A stretch of 46,981 nt of DNA, taken from Octopus bimaculoides (lineage: Eukaryota). Under the pieces are notes generated by a model that was given only the letters and a program-made list of their open reading frames with translations, did no database searches and was not told the DNA's origin. Each line of letters begins with the position of its first letter. The first letter of the stretch is position 1. The translations under genes and the position numbers were made by a program. The stretch lies in contig NC_069001.1 in the NCBI RefSeq assembly GCF_001194135.2, forward strand, positions 10,459,420 through 10,506,400. Direction: 5' to 3'. Below, in pieces: positions 23,115-35,905 of this stretch.

Positions 23115-24427
23115 ACAAGTAATATATAAATAATGGAGGTATTCATTTCTTCGCGGAATGCAGTCTAGATCTATGGACCTCTCGGTTATGGGACCAGCTA
23201 ATGTCACTCTACGTCCAACGCTTCGCTCGCCTCAGCGAAAACTTTAGTAAATATATAATGTATTATTTCTTTTACTATTTGTTTTGGTGTCAATTGTACG
23301 AATACAATAACTACAAATATTTCAGCTCTGGGATGTTAATTCAGATACTGAGAGATAACATTTCACTCTGGCAATACACTGAGAGTCACATTTGACAAAC
23401 TACATGCGTAGATCCATGCGTTCCACATTATTCTCGGTGTCTCGTCTTTTGACATTTTCAGATCAGCCAGAAACAAATCAATTTTATAAACTTTTCCCCA
23501 GTGCAGCGAAGTCAGAGAGCTTGAAAGAATAGCAAGCGCACTTGCTAGTAAGAATATTATACAGAAATATATACCTGTATATATGTAGGCNNNNNNNNNN
23601 NNNNNNNNNNNNNNNNNNNNNNNNNNNNNNNNNNNNNNNNNNNNNNNNNNNNNNNNNNNNNNNNNNNNNNNNNNNNNNNNNNNNNNNNNNNNNNNNNNNN
23701 NNNNNNNNNNNNNNNNNNNNNNNNNNNNNNNNNNNNNNNNNNNNNNNNNNNNNNNNNNNNNNNNNNNNNNNNNNNNNNNNNNNNNNNNNNNNNNNNNNNN
23801 NNNNNNNNNNNNNNNNNNNNNNNNNNNNNNNNNNNNNNNNNNNNNNNNNNNNNNNNNNNNNNNNNNNNNNNNNNNNNNNNNNNNNNNNNNNNNNNNNNNN
23901 NNNNNNNNNNNNNNNNNNNNNNNNNNNNNNNNNNNNNNNNNNNNNNNNNNNNNNNNNNNNNNNNNNNNNNNNNNNNNNNNNNNNNNNNNNNNNNNNNNNN
24001 NNNNNNNNNNNNNNNNNNNNNNNNNNNNNNNNNNNNNNNNNNNNNNNNNNNNNNNNNNNNNNNNNNNNNNNNNNNNNNNNNNNNNNNNNNNNNNNNNNNN
24101 NNNNNNNNNNNNNNNNNNNNNNNNNNNNNNNNNNNNNNNNNNNNNNNNNNNNNNNNNNNNNNNNNNNNNNNNNNNNNNNNNNNNNNNNNNNNNNNNNNNN
24201 NNNNNNNNNNNNNNNNNNNNNNNNNNNNNNNNNNNNNNNNNNNNNNNNNNNNNNNNNNNNNNNNNNNNNNNNNNNNNNNNNNNNNNNNNNNNNNNNNNNN
24301 NNNNNNNNNNNNNNNNNNNNNNNNNNNNNNNNNNNNNNNNNNNNNNNNNNNNNNNNNNNNNNNNNNNNNNNNNNNNNNNNNNNNNNNNNNNNNNNNNNNN
24401 NNNNNNNNNNNNNNNNNNNNNNNNNNN

Positions 24428-24579
24428 ATGCTTAGCAGCATTTCGGCTGTCTTTATGCTCTGTCGACTTTGCCTTTCGGGATCGATAAATCAAGTACCAG
24501 TCAAGTACTTGGGTCATCTAATCGACTGGCTCCCCTCCCCCAAAATGCTTAGGGCCTTGTGCCTTGAGTAAAACAGAAT
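24428..24579 (+). mobile_element. Family-1A SINE, 5' end in the gap
   Basis: atgcttagcagcatttcgg..gtcgactttgcctttc..aagtaccag..atcgactggctcccc..gggccttgtgccttgagta. Confidence 0.82.
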
Positions 24580-25052
24580 ATTCTCAAGATTGAAATCGTA
24601 CTCAAGAATGACGCAATTGCGTCATCATTTTCCCTTTCTGCCGCTCACCCGCCGACAGCTAATATTTTGTTTAAATATTAACTATCTTATAGATGTGTAT
24701 AAAACCAGAATATATACATGTCATGCTGGCTGCAGATACAAAACATATTAATTTATTTTTCCAAACCACAGCTGCCATATATTTTACTTCGTTTCCTTTT
24801 TTCCCCTCTCCTTGTGTATTTTATCCTGGCAGATTATTATTAAAACGTTCCTCTAAATCTTAGCGCTTTGCTTGATTCTTTTGTTTCCCACCATTTAAAC
24901 AACTCTAATACTGTTTAACAAGAGAATGTAGATCGCTTGATATAGCTACCATGGCGTATTTATTTTACGTCTTATTTGCTTTTTATTTTGTTTGATTCTT
25001 TTCTCTTTTTGGCAACAACATTGGCAGAAAACGGTGGCCAAACACTTAATTG

Positions 25053-25083
<31 letters not shown>

Positions 25084-25335
25084 GGTGCAGACAGGCACGT
25101 TCGTATATCATACAGCACATTCACACACAAGACATACATACACGCAACACAAACATTCACACAGGCATACATGCACAAATACACACGCATATGGATGTTT
25201 AAACACGTAACTGATAATTGTGTTTTCTCGCCACGATTGACACCGTGTCTGTCTGTCTGTCTAGATTATCGATGTTCTTAATACTTTTCTTATTATTTTC
25301 GTACGCAACCAAATGTATACATGTCTATGTGTAAG

Positions 25336-25374
<39 letters not shown>

Positions 25375-25665
25375 GAGAATGTACATATAAGTGTACGTAT
25401 GTATATATATATATGAGTTTGCGTGCAAGCGATCGTCTGCATGTGTTCATTTATCCAATGCTTTCCATATCTGCTGCATACATTCATGTATGCCGTCTAT
25501 TTATATATCCAAATCATACATTTGACGAGCTTTATGCATTTGCATAGAAACATATAACCCAATAATTGAACGGTTCATATTAACAATCAAAATCGCATAC
25601 ATACACATATACACATACACACATATTTATATATTCATATAATATATAAGTGCATGTGTGTGTAT

Positions 25666-25713
<48 letters not shown>

Positions 25714-25964
25714 AAACGTTGACCACTAAAGTGAACATTTAATGTGCTAGAAATAGACCAAGTCCTATATAGATATATATGCATGTATAGAAATATATAT
25801 ATAATATATATACCCATATATATTATATAAATATGTGTGTGCAAATACACAAACCCAAGTTTTTTTCATGTAGCAGTGGGATATAGACACAAACACAAAG
25901 ACACAAACACACGTGATATAGAGCAAGCTAGATTTGTGGCACTGTTCTATTGTCAACTAGCACA

Positions 25965-25996
25965 CTCGTCGTCGCAAGCGACGGAGTGCCAACAAC
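25965..25996 (+). mobile_element. Isolated 3' tip shared with the family-2 SINE tail
   Basis: ctcgtcgtcgcaagcgacggagtgccaacaac is the reverse complement of the ends at 14317-14345 and 44266-44295. Confidence 0.55.
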
Positions 25997-26378
25997 AGTT
26001 GTGGGAATGACTGCATGGAGAACGTTGTCTTCTTTGTGATATGTTTTTTTTTTTGGTGGAAAAATTGAGAAATTTCTTTCACTGAATTTCTGTTGTTTTT
26101 GGTGTCCACCAAATATAACTTTGTGTCAAATATCATTTCTTCTAAAATAAATTATATCTAATACTAATAACATGTCATTTCCTATGATTGATCGATTGAT
26201 TGATTCTTTGAATGATTTCTATAATTCCATCACATCTGAAGAGAGTCGTAGCTGTCCAGGTCAATAGGGCACTTGGTCGTAAAAAGACTACAGATACGAT
26301 TAAATTATGTGTAATATCATGTATGTGTGATGTGTGCATGCTTGTGTGTATATCTCTATGTGTATTCAAATATGCAGA

Positions 26379-26421
<43 letters not shown>

Positions 26422-26609
26422 GTATGCAAACATGATCACATATTCGTATTTGTTTTTATGTTGTTTATTTGAATTTAACAATAATCTGAAGTATTACTCA
26501 ATACTTTTCGTAGGGGACATTTTCATTGAAATTATACAAGAAAAAAATGACAGTTGCTTCGAAGTTTCGATCGAGTAGCCTTTGATAGCACAATAAACAA
26601 GCTTAAATC

Positions 26610-27850
26610 ACTGGTCATATCAGATGTGGGGACATGCGGATTTACAACACGTTGCTTCATTCACAATTTGTTGGTATATCCGAGTCCTTCTGGTCAGTCT
26701 CCATCAGTCTCTATTTTTGTGGGGTAACTCTTCATCTGCCATGAACATGTAACATGTAGGCGACCAACACGAGCCGTCAACCCAGCCGGATCCCAAATGA
26801 AGAGAACACAGTAGAAAGGATATAACCCGGAAAATTGAGCAACATGGCCTGACAGTTTGAGCTGGCGCTCCAGAATCATGCAAATGATAGGACGCATCTC
26901 AGTTACTGAGTAAAGCCTTTAGTTGAATTCGAAATCCGAATAATGGTAAACTCATAATCCTGTGAAGAGTCCTGGTACCAGACGAGCCCAGGCGTCTCCT
27001 AAGAGCGCCGGACAGCGTCCAAGTCTCACAACTATAGAGCAGGACAAAAGGGGCCTCAGACCTGAACAAAATAACCTTTCTCCTCCTGCGCAGATATTGG
27101 CAGCACCAAAGATGCTTGTCCAATGACTTCACAACTGCAGTTTATACAAGTCCTTTTAGGATCTTTTCTCGAATCTAATGGTGCTGTGAATCTCACTCCC
27201 AAGATAAATGAAGCGGTCAACAATTTTGACATTCTCCAAGCAGCAGAGACAGACGAGGTGGAATTTTGCAAGAAACCAACAAAAGACTGGATTTCCTCTT
27301 GATTCCAAGAGACTCAAGGACCAAGTGTTTTCTCTTTCTCACTCACTGAAAAAAGAGCGCTCCTTAAGACACCCTGAAACTCGACAAGGATAACTGCGTA
27401 ATCATAAAAAATCTACGTTTGTAATCCTAGTTTCACCAATGAGTGCTCCACAACTCGTTCGAACCACCATTCGACCAAGTATCCAATAAATGCAGATACT
27501 GAACACAGGCTCGGGTCGAAGACACAACCCTGAAAGACTCCGCCGCCAAAAATCTGTCAAATGTTGAGCCCACAATCCGATCTGCAATGACTGTCTCGGT
27601 GTACAAGACCAACATCAGTCCACTCAGTCGAGAAGATATGCTACGCAGCTCCAGAGTCCTTCGTATGCAGTACTACGGGTGGACCCACCATATACAATTC
27701 CTCAAAGTATAGTGCCCAGCGAGCTACCATTATCAGTTCCTCTGTCTGAAATGCGACACCAGATTCGAAAATTCTCAGAACACCGGGAACAAGACTTTAC
27801 CACCCCGATGATCGCAGCGAAACCTCTGTAGGCAGTGAGTTGCACTAAGC
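26610..27850 (-). mobile_element. 5'-truncated, frameshifted RTE-type LINE (reverse transcriptase and C-terminal remnant)
   Basis: Minus-strand fragments in RT order: YRG..; LYTETVI..; WILGRMVVRTSCGALIGETRITNVDF+YDYAVILVE (decayed DLDFADDAVI); ENVKIVDRFIYLGSEI; LLYSCETWTLSGALRRRL; ERQLKLSGHVAQF. It ends in an RTE-like 3' end, gcatgtccccacatctgatatgacc. Confidence 0.88.
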
Positions 27851-28174
27851 CACTTAAGTGCATTAGATATTCTAATAAATACGAAGTATCCATTACAGTT
27901 TTCAGTTGTTAGAATTCGGAGCTGTGATTAAGTGGTGAATGTCGAGGTATGAAACTTGGACCGGAAATTATAGAACTTACATTTGATAATGCTATCCAAT
28001 GTAAAATTCTAAACATAGAGAGATAAGCAAAACAAAGAAAGTTGGGATAATGGTGGATCAGGAATCAGCTATGAATGAAGACAGCAACAACAGCAACATC
28101 AGCAATTGAAATCTTCATTGTGGCCGCTAGAACACACTCACGAAATAAAAGTTTCTCTTGTTGTAGAAAGTACT

Positions 28175-28307
28175 TATTTCTTTATTGCCCACAGGGGGCT
28201 AAACATAAAGGGAACCAACAAGCAAAGGCAAAGGGATTAAGTCGACTACATCGACCCCAGTGCGTAACTAGTACTTATTTAATCGACCCCGAAAGGATGA
28301 AAGGCAA
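28175..28307 (-). mobile_element. Family-1B SINE 3' half, not fused to a SINE head
   Basis: tatttctttattgcccacagggggctaaacataaaggg..gattaagtcgactacatcgaccccag..gaaaggatgaaaggcaa. Confidence 0.88.
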
Positions 28308-29289
28308 CGCATGTCTGCATAAAACGTGCAATCTACACGAGTAGTGGAGGACAAATTACTACGTCTTTCAATGCGTGCGTGCGCTGAGAGAGAGAGAGAG
28401 TGTGTGTGTGTGTGTGTTTTAAAGCCAAAACAACGTAAGTTATAAAAAATTAGTAGTATACATCGATGAACCCTCAGTAATAGAGGTCTCATATCTGAGC
28501 ACCAAAACGCCTTAGACACTTAAAGAGAACTCCAAATCTCTGCAAAATTGGAGGGTGTATATTGAAATAAATAAACAATGTATATGCTAGGTTTTAAAAT
28601 ATAATTAATACTTTATTGACAAGCAGTCCTCTTAATTATTTGATTTAGGACAGCATACATGTATTTGTGCGTGCATGCTCTTACANNNNNNNNNNNNNNN
28701 NNNNNNNNNNNNNNNNNNNNNNNNNNNNNNNNNNNNNNNNNNNNNNNNNNNNNNNNNNNNNNNNNNNNNNNNNNNNNNNNNNNNNNNNNNNNNNNNNGAG
28801 AGAGAGAGAGAGTGTGTGTGTGTGTGTGTTTGTAATTTGAACTAGAGAAAAATAAAAAGAAAACCCAAGCAACCAATCGAACATATTTTTTTTATGATAA
28901 ATCAATGTTCATAATTGTAACTGGAGTATATTTTTGCCTTCTATATGTTCCATGAAGCTTATACTAACGTAACCTCGTTACGATCAGATCAAGGGTTTTA
29001 ACATTGATGGAATAATTTTTCTATGGCTGTTTAATTCAGCCGATGTAGAACAGAATATTAATTTATATTAGTGAGAACAAAGAACAAATATTGCTTTTTC
29101 ATTATTTTAAGCTATTTCAGTTGAAAGGCCCCATTAGTAAATTTATTCTGTTCATAACATCAGTCGGTGGCTCTCGAGATAAAATGTCGGAATTTATTTG
29201 TAGTTATATGTGGAACGTTAATTATTTGGACGCCATTACTTTGGAGACATATAATATGTATGTAAATAATAAACACATCTATGTGTGTC

Positions 29290-29594
29290 TAAGGAGATAT
29301 ATGTGTGTATATATATATGTCTGTGTATCTGTGTGTATACTTACTTATATATATATATATAAATATATATATATAAATAAATATATATATACACATATCC
29401 ATATGTATATGTTTGTGTGCGCGCGTGTATATATATAGAAAGAGAGAGGGAGAAAGAGAAACAGAGAGAAGAGAGAGTAAGACAGACAGTGGTAAGTATA
29501 AATATATGTCTGTGTGCGCATGTCATTTACATGTGTATGTGTGTGTATGCGTTTTTGTAGACAATCAGCTGTGTGTGTTCGTGTAAATAAATAA

Positions 29595-29649
<55 letters not shown>

Positions 29650-30260
29650 NNNNNNNNNNNNNNNNNNNNNNNNNNNNNNNNNNNNNNNNNNNNNNNNNNN
29701 NNNNNNNNNNNNNNNNNNNNNNNNNNNNNNNNNNNNNNNNNNNNNNNNNNNNNNNNNNNNNNNNNNNNNNNNNNNNNNNNNNNNNNNNNNNNNNNNNNNN
29801 NNNNNNNNNNNNNNNNNNNNNNNNNNNNNNNNNNNNNNNNNNNNNNNNNNNNNNNNNNNNNNNNNNNNNNNNNNNNNNNNNNNNNNNNNNNNNNNNNNNN
29901 NNNNNNNNNNNNNNNNNNNNNNNNNNNNNNNNNNNNNNNNNNNNNNNNNNNNNNNNNNNNNNNNNNNNNNNTATATATATATACATATATATATACACAC
30001 ATGCATATATATATATATATACATATATATATACACACATACAACATATATATATATACATACACATACAACATACATATATATATATACACATATATAT
30101 ATACACAGACAACATACATATATATATACATATATATATATACAGACAACATACATATATATATATATACATATATATATGCATACATACATGCATATAT
30201 ATATATATATATACACATATATAAAATGAGTATATGAGTGTGTGTGCGTATGTGTGTGAG
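29290..30260. repeat. (TA)/(CATA) microsatellite field spanning a gap
   Basis: Direct reading. Confidence 0.88.
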
Positions 30261-30412
30261 CCGATATATCTATCTATACATTTACACCCTCTTTTTCTGT
30301 CTCACTCTCACACTCCTTTCCTCTTTCTCTCTCTGTTAATTCGATAGAAACTCTTGAGTAACTGAAGCACATGCACACACACACATAATACATACATACA
30401 TACATACATACA

Positions 30413-30566
30413 ACATGATTCTTTCAGTTTCCTTCTACAAAATCCATTCACAAGTCTTTGGTTAACCCGAGCTATCGTAGAAGACACTCGCCGAAGGTGC
30501 CACTTACTGGGATTGAACATAGAACCATGTGGTTGGGAACAAACTTCTTACCACACAGTCACACCT
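30413..30566 (-). mobile_element. Family-3 SINE 5' half
   Basis: ctttcagtttccttctacaaaatccattcacaag..gaagacactcgccgaaggtgccac..gaaccatgtggttgggaac..cttaccacacag; it abuts (CATA)n where the internal microsatellite lies. Confidence 0.82.
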
Positions 30567-30643
30567 TCACCTGTTTATACAACACTAAAATCAACAAATA
30601 TTTCGAAAACGTTCACAATTGCAAGTTATAACATTGACATAAA

Positions 30644-30784
30644 TGAGTTCAAGTGCACACGGGCTCGACTTTGCTTTTTGTCCTTCTGGGGTCGATAAAC
30701 TAAGTACCAGTTACGCACTGGGGTCAATGTAATCGACTCATCCCCTCCCCCAAAATTTCGGGCCTTGTGCCTATAGTAGATAAA
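30644..30784 (+). mobile_element. Family-1A SINE 3' part
   Basis: ctcgactttgc..ggggtcgataaactaagtaccagttacgcactgggg..aaatttcgggccttgtgcctatagtaga. Confidence 0.85.
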
Positions 30785-30912
30785 TTGCGTATGCTCGACT
30801 TCTTCAGACAGAGAATTCTTTCATTTCTTTATTTTGTAAATTATAAGAGATTTTTGAGAATTGTGCTACACCGTATATATGTCTGTTTGTATATCTATGT
30901 ATCTTCTGTTTT

Positions 30913-30975
30913 AGACCGAGGCTGACCAATAATTTGTGAGTGATATTGGTTGAAACTGTGTGGAAGCCCGAACGC
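30913..30975 (+). mobile_element. Highly decayed family-3 middle fragment
   Basis: gaggctgaccaataatttgtgagtgatattggttgaaactg..gaagcccg resembles 36245-36303. Confidence 0.45.
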
Positions 30976-31066
30976 CTATTTGTATTCTGTTGCATACGTG
31001 TATACATAAATGCATACATACATATATACATACATACATACATACATACGTACGTCCAAACGTACC

Positions 31067-31113
<47 letters not shown>

Positions 31114-31379
31114 AATACTGAGTCTATGCATATATACGTACAGGTATGTGCATACCTACGTCTACCTGTATATATAGGTGCATATCTATGTACAGGACAT
31201 TGCAAACAAAACGTAGACAAGAAAATAATAATAACCAGAGTACAGAAAACACACAAGCCACATAGAGAACATTTTCCTTCATCAGCTGCCCCCATTCTAG
31301 CACAGGCGTTTCGAAGAATATATATATATACATCATCATCATCATATGATAATAACCAATATAAAACCATGTGAAAATA

Positions 31380-31790
31380 CTGCTGCTAAGGTTGTACCAG
31401 CAGCAGCAGTAGCAGAAGTAGTGTTCCCACCGCCACCCACGCTTTTGCTGTTGTTTCTGATAGAAGACTAGCTGCTGCTGCTGCTGTGGCTGCTGGTACT
31501 ACTATTGCTACTGCTGACAATACTACGACTACTACTACTACAACCGTCCCCACGATTGCTGCTGCTGTTGCCCGCTGCTGATATCTGCTCTATTGCTACT
31601 GCTATTACAACTGAAACTGCTGCTGCTCATCTCTTTTTCCGCTGCAGATGTCACCACTGCCCCTGGTCCTGCTTCTGCTGCTAATCCGGCTGCTTCTAAT
31701 CCAGATGCTACTGATGATGATGATGATGATCCTGTTGCTGCTGCTTCTACTGCTGCTACAGTAACTAATACTACACGAAACATTCGTGTA
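31380..31790. repeat. (GCT)/(CAG)/(ACT)/(GAT) trinucleotide low-complexity field
   Basis: Direct reading; explains ORFs 31538-31846 and 31593-31841. Confidence 0.8.
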
Positions 31791-32139
31791 ATGTCAGCGA
31801 GCGACCATTTTTGTCTGTTTCTATTTTTTTCTAAATTTTGATTCATTTACCAAGAGATTAGTTTCTATGTGAAATTGATGGTAAGAAAAACTCCACCTCC
31901 ACATGACGAGAAGGCCATCTCAAAGAATTCCTCAGAGATTCCCTAAGCGAGAATCAGATGGTTCTAGCGGTGCCGGTGATGGTGGTGGTGGACTGATGGT
32001 CTTTAAAGTGTTCTTGGTATCAAAGACCCAATTATACACAATTTCTTTCAATTTATTAACATTTATCCATTATTTATTTCATATTATTGATATGGTTATT
32101 TTTGTCTTATTTTGCTTTAATTTTCGACTTGTATAGACA

Positions 32140-32207
32140 TACATTCACACATACATACATACTTACATACATACATCCAACTATATATATACATATATAT
32201 ATATATA

Positions 32208-32269
<62 letters not shown>

Positions 32270-32415
32270 CACGGTAAAATGGTTTATCGTCCTATCCTTT
32301 ACTTTCTTTCAACCTCTCTCTTTTNNNNNNNNNNTATCGTCCTATCCTTTACTTTCTTTCAACCTCTCTCTTTTCCATTGTCTTACTCTCTACTATATTG
32401 ACTATGTGTGTGTGT

Positions 32416-32455
<40 letters not shown>

Positions 32456-32602
32456 GTATATATACATGTATGTATATATATCTATATATATATATATATA
32501 TATACATATGTATATGCACATGTACGTATATATATATACATATATATATTACATACATATATGTATACATATACATATATGTATACATGCACACACACAC
32601 AC

Positions 32603-32683
<81 letters not shown>

Positions 32684-32700
32684 TGCGTGTATATGTACGA
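32140..32700. repeat. (TA)n/(TG)n microsatellite field
   Basis: Direct reading; long pure (TG) tract at about 32605-32680. Confidence 0.9.
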
Positions 32701-33290
32701 TTTTATTCTATTTATATAATTTTCATTGTTAAAAGTCTCTTACGGACAACAAAAATACAAGGAATCATTTGCTGCACAATTAAGATAATGCATTTTAACC
32801 ATTCTAGCACGACAAGCAAGCTGAGATATTCTAAATTTACGTCAACTTTCCCTGGAGAGAAACACGTTGAAATACAGACAGAACCGAAGAGTAAAGAGAG
32901 AAGATGTATACAGCCTATTTGATTCGACGTGTCCATTGGAGCGTTGGACATTTTCAGATTACTTTAGCTGTTTGTAAAGCTTACTTTAGCAGCGCCAACA
33001 ACAATAACATCATCACCAACAATGGTAACAACAATAACAGCAAGAACAAAGACAATTACTACATCAACATTAGCAGCAATAAGATTAATAACAATGATAT
33101 CTTAATGTGGTTACGATTAACAAATAGAGAAGGTGAAGGAAACAAACAAAATCTACAACAAAAAATAGAAACGAAAACAAATTGTGCGATTTGGTTTCAC
33201 TTTCGTTTTCCCGCCCTTGTTGTTCTTGTCTATTTCTTTCTCTCACGTTTATACATAAACATACAAAGATACAACCTAGCTTATACGTGC

Positions 33291-33330
<40 letters not shown>

Positions 33331-33757
33331 ACAACATTTTTATATGTGAGTATGTATGCGTATGTGTGAATGAGGAGAGCGAGTGAAAGAGAAAGAGAGA
33401 GAGAGACAGACAAATAGACAGACAGACAGACAGAGAGAAACTGACGGAGGGACAGAGGGAGATCGAAGGTGAAACAAGCGATCAGAGAGAGAGGAATAAT
33501 TTTATAGAAATGCACACACAAACCCACACACACGCACACAGGTAAAAGCAGCACTATCACAAACGTACACAAAATATGTGTATGTTCACGTATACAATGT
33601 TACTGGTATGTGTGTATAAGCAGAAATACTTATGTGTGCACCATACGCACGCAAGCACATACTCACACACGGATATCTCTCCTCTTCTCTCTCTCTCTAT
33701 ATATATATATATGTGTGTGTGAGTATATATGTATATATTTTTTTTATTCTTATATTC

Positions 33758-33945
33758 CTTTACTTGTTTCAGTCATTTGACTGCAGCCATGCTGGGGCAT
33801 TGCCTTGAGAGGTTTTTGTCGAAGGCATGAACCCCAGAACTTGTTTCAAAGTCCTAGTATTCATTCTGTCAGTCTCTTTGCTGAACCGCTAGTTTATGGG
33901 GATGCAAACACACCAGCACCTGTTGTCACGTAGTGATGTGGCACA
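33758..33945 (-). mobile_element. Family-3 SINE 3' half
   Basis: tttacttgtttcagtcatttgactgcagccatgctggggca..gaaccgctagtttatggggatgcaaacacaccagcacc.gttgtca. Confidence 0.82.
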
Positions 33946-34030
33946 AACACGAACACAAAGATACACACATAGACACACAAACAGACACACACTCTCTCTC
34001 TCACACACACCTCCACACACTCGCACACGT

Positions 34031-34112
34031 GTTCTACGATAGACCTGGGCCGATAAATGCCTTCTGAGTGAGTTTGGTTGGTTGGTGGAGACTAAGGGTA
34101 AGCCCGTAGTAT
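34031..34112 (+). mobile_element. Family-3 middle module in the opposite orientation to its neighbour
   Basis: ttctacgatagacctgggccga..gccttctgagtgagtttggt..gactaag..aagcccgtagtat resembles 36232-36305. Confidence 0.6.
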
Positions 34113-34250
34113 CTCTCGCTTTCTCTCTCTCTCTATCTATCTATCTATATATATATATATATATACTCATCTATACACGCATATATATGTGTGTGTGTAC
34201 ATATACATACATACATATATATATAAGTACACACACACACATATATATAC

Positions 34251-34291
<41 letters not shown>

Positions 34292-34294
<3 letters not shown>

Positions 34295-34615
34295 CGACGA
34301 CGAGGGTTCCAGTTGATCTCATCAACAGCTTGCTCGTGAACTTAACGAGTACCCTTAACGTAGATCTCACGGGAATTCAGCGTGACACAGTGTGACAAGC
34401 ATGGCCCTTTGAAATACAGATACAACAGAAACAGGAAGAAAGAATGAGAGAAAGTTGCGGTGAAAGTATCCTGCAGGATTCACCACCATTCCCTGGCGGA
34501 GCCTCATGGAGCTTTAGGTGTTTTCGCTCAATAAACACAACACCCGATCTGGGAATCGAAACTGCGATTCTACGACTGCGAATCCGCTGCCCGAACCACT
34601 GGGCCAATGCGCCTC
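34292..34615 (-). mobile_element. Family-2b SINE (tRNA-like head, distinct central domain, family-2 tail)
   Basis: Minus-strand head ggcgcattggcccagtggttcgggcagcggattcgcagtcgtagaatcgcagtttcgattccc with A/B-box-like motifs; the centre matches 44440-44570 and the tail matches 12640-12800. Confidence 0.88.
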
Positions 34616-34665
34616 TAGATACATACATACATAGTCAGACAGTCAAACAGATAGACATACATACC

Positions 34666-34696
<31 letters not shown>

Positions 34697-35119
34697 GATA
34701 GATAGATAGATAGATATATAAATAGATAGATAGATAGATAGATAGATAAGCAGTATTAGTGCAAAATAGCATTCTGTATATCGTACACAACGTGGATTAC
34801 CTATAAAAAAGAAAATCCACAACACTGCAGTGTCTTGCGAAAGAATCTCGTATAACACTATTCTGCTAAGAGGCCCAGAAGTATCTGTAACAGACGGAAA
34901 GCTAAGTCTATCGCTTTGTATCTTTGCGTCAGTACAATATTTCTTTAGTTTCTTATAGCCATGGAGACCAAGGATAAAGCGGAGCACAACCTTCGGTAGA
35001 GTGCGACGATCAAAATTTCTTTCCATTTGTAGTTGTTCGTTTGGTCATAGGTGAGTACTGGTCACCGAATGGGAAGTGATCAATCAGACGATTGATGAGG
35101 TGATCTCTGATCAATTAGA

Positions 35120-35368
35120 CTGTTTGTCCCTTCTATGCTTAGCCCCTTGTGGACAATAAAGAAATAAGAAACGTTAGCACGCCGGGCGAAATGTTTAGCA
35201 GTATTTCGTCCGTCTTTACGTTCTGAGTTCAAATTCCGCCGAGGTTGACTTTTCCTTTCATCTTTTTGGGGTCGGTAAATTAAGTACCAGTTGTGTACTG
35301 GGGTTGATCTAATCGACCGGACCCCCTCCCCAAACATTTTGGGCCTTGTGCCTAGAGTAAAAAAGAAT
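35120..35368 (+). mobile_element. Truncated 1B tail (35120-35166) fused to a 1A SINE (35167-35368)
   Basis: tgtttgtcccttctatgcttagccccttgtggacaataaagaaata|agaaacgttagcacgccggg..gggccttgtgcctagagtaaaaaagaa. Confidence 0.9.
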
Positions 35369-35464
35369 ATGGAGGCTAAGAAGAAAGCTGTGAGAAGGAG
35401 GAATAAATAAAGAAGTATTTGAATAATCACAAAAAGGGGGATAAAATTAGGGTGGAAGGTAATG

Positions 35465-35905
35465 AAAGAACTATTAGCATGTAGGCTAACATGGAAACCA
35501 TTGTAACAGAGACTAAAGAAAGGGTCTTAAGAACGCAAGCTAAAATGAGATTCATTAGAATGAAGGCTGCAAAGAGAGCTATTAGAACGGAGAACATAAA
35601 ATGAGTCCTGGGAAGCGAAGCTAAAATGAGAGCTATTATTGTGAAGGTCATACATGGCGCCATCAGAATGGAAGTTTAAGAGCTATTAAAATGGAGGCTT
35701 AAAAGGTGTCACTTAGAATATAGGCGAAAAAGAGCCATTAGAATAGAAATTAAATGAGAGTCGTCGGAATGGATGCTGAAAAAAAAATGGAGCTATATGT
35801 GGTGCCATTAGAATGGAAGTCAAAGAGTAAAGCATTAGAATAAAATATAAAATCAGAATCGCTAAAATAGAGGCTGGAACAAGAGCCATTAGAATGCAAC
35901 GTTTG
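35465..35905. repeat. Decayed minisatellite with a unit of about 27 bp (agagccattagaatggaggctaaaatg-like)
   Basis: About 16 degenerate units with recurrent ccattagaatg / gctattagaac / gctaaaatgag. Confidence 0.75.

Noticed and set aside
35427-35663. Hydrophobic, membrane-like minus-strand ORF
   Set aside because: It is the antisense reading of the purine-rich 27-bp minisatellite.
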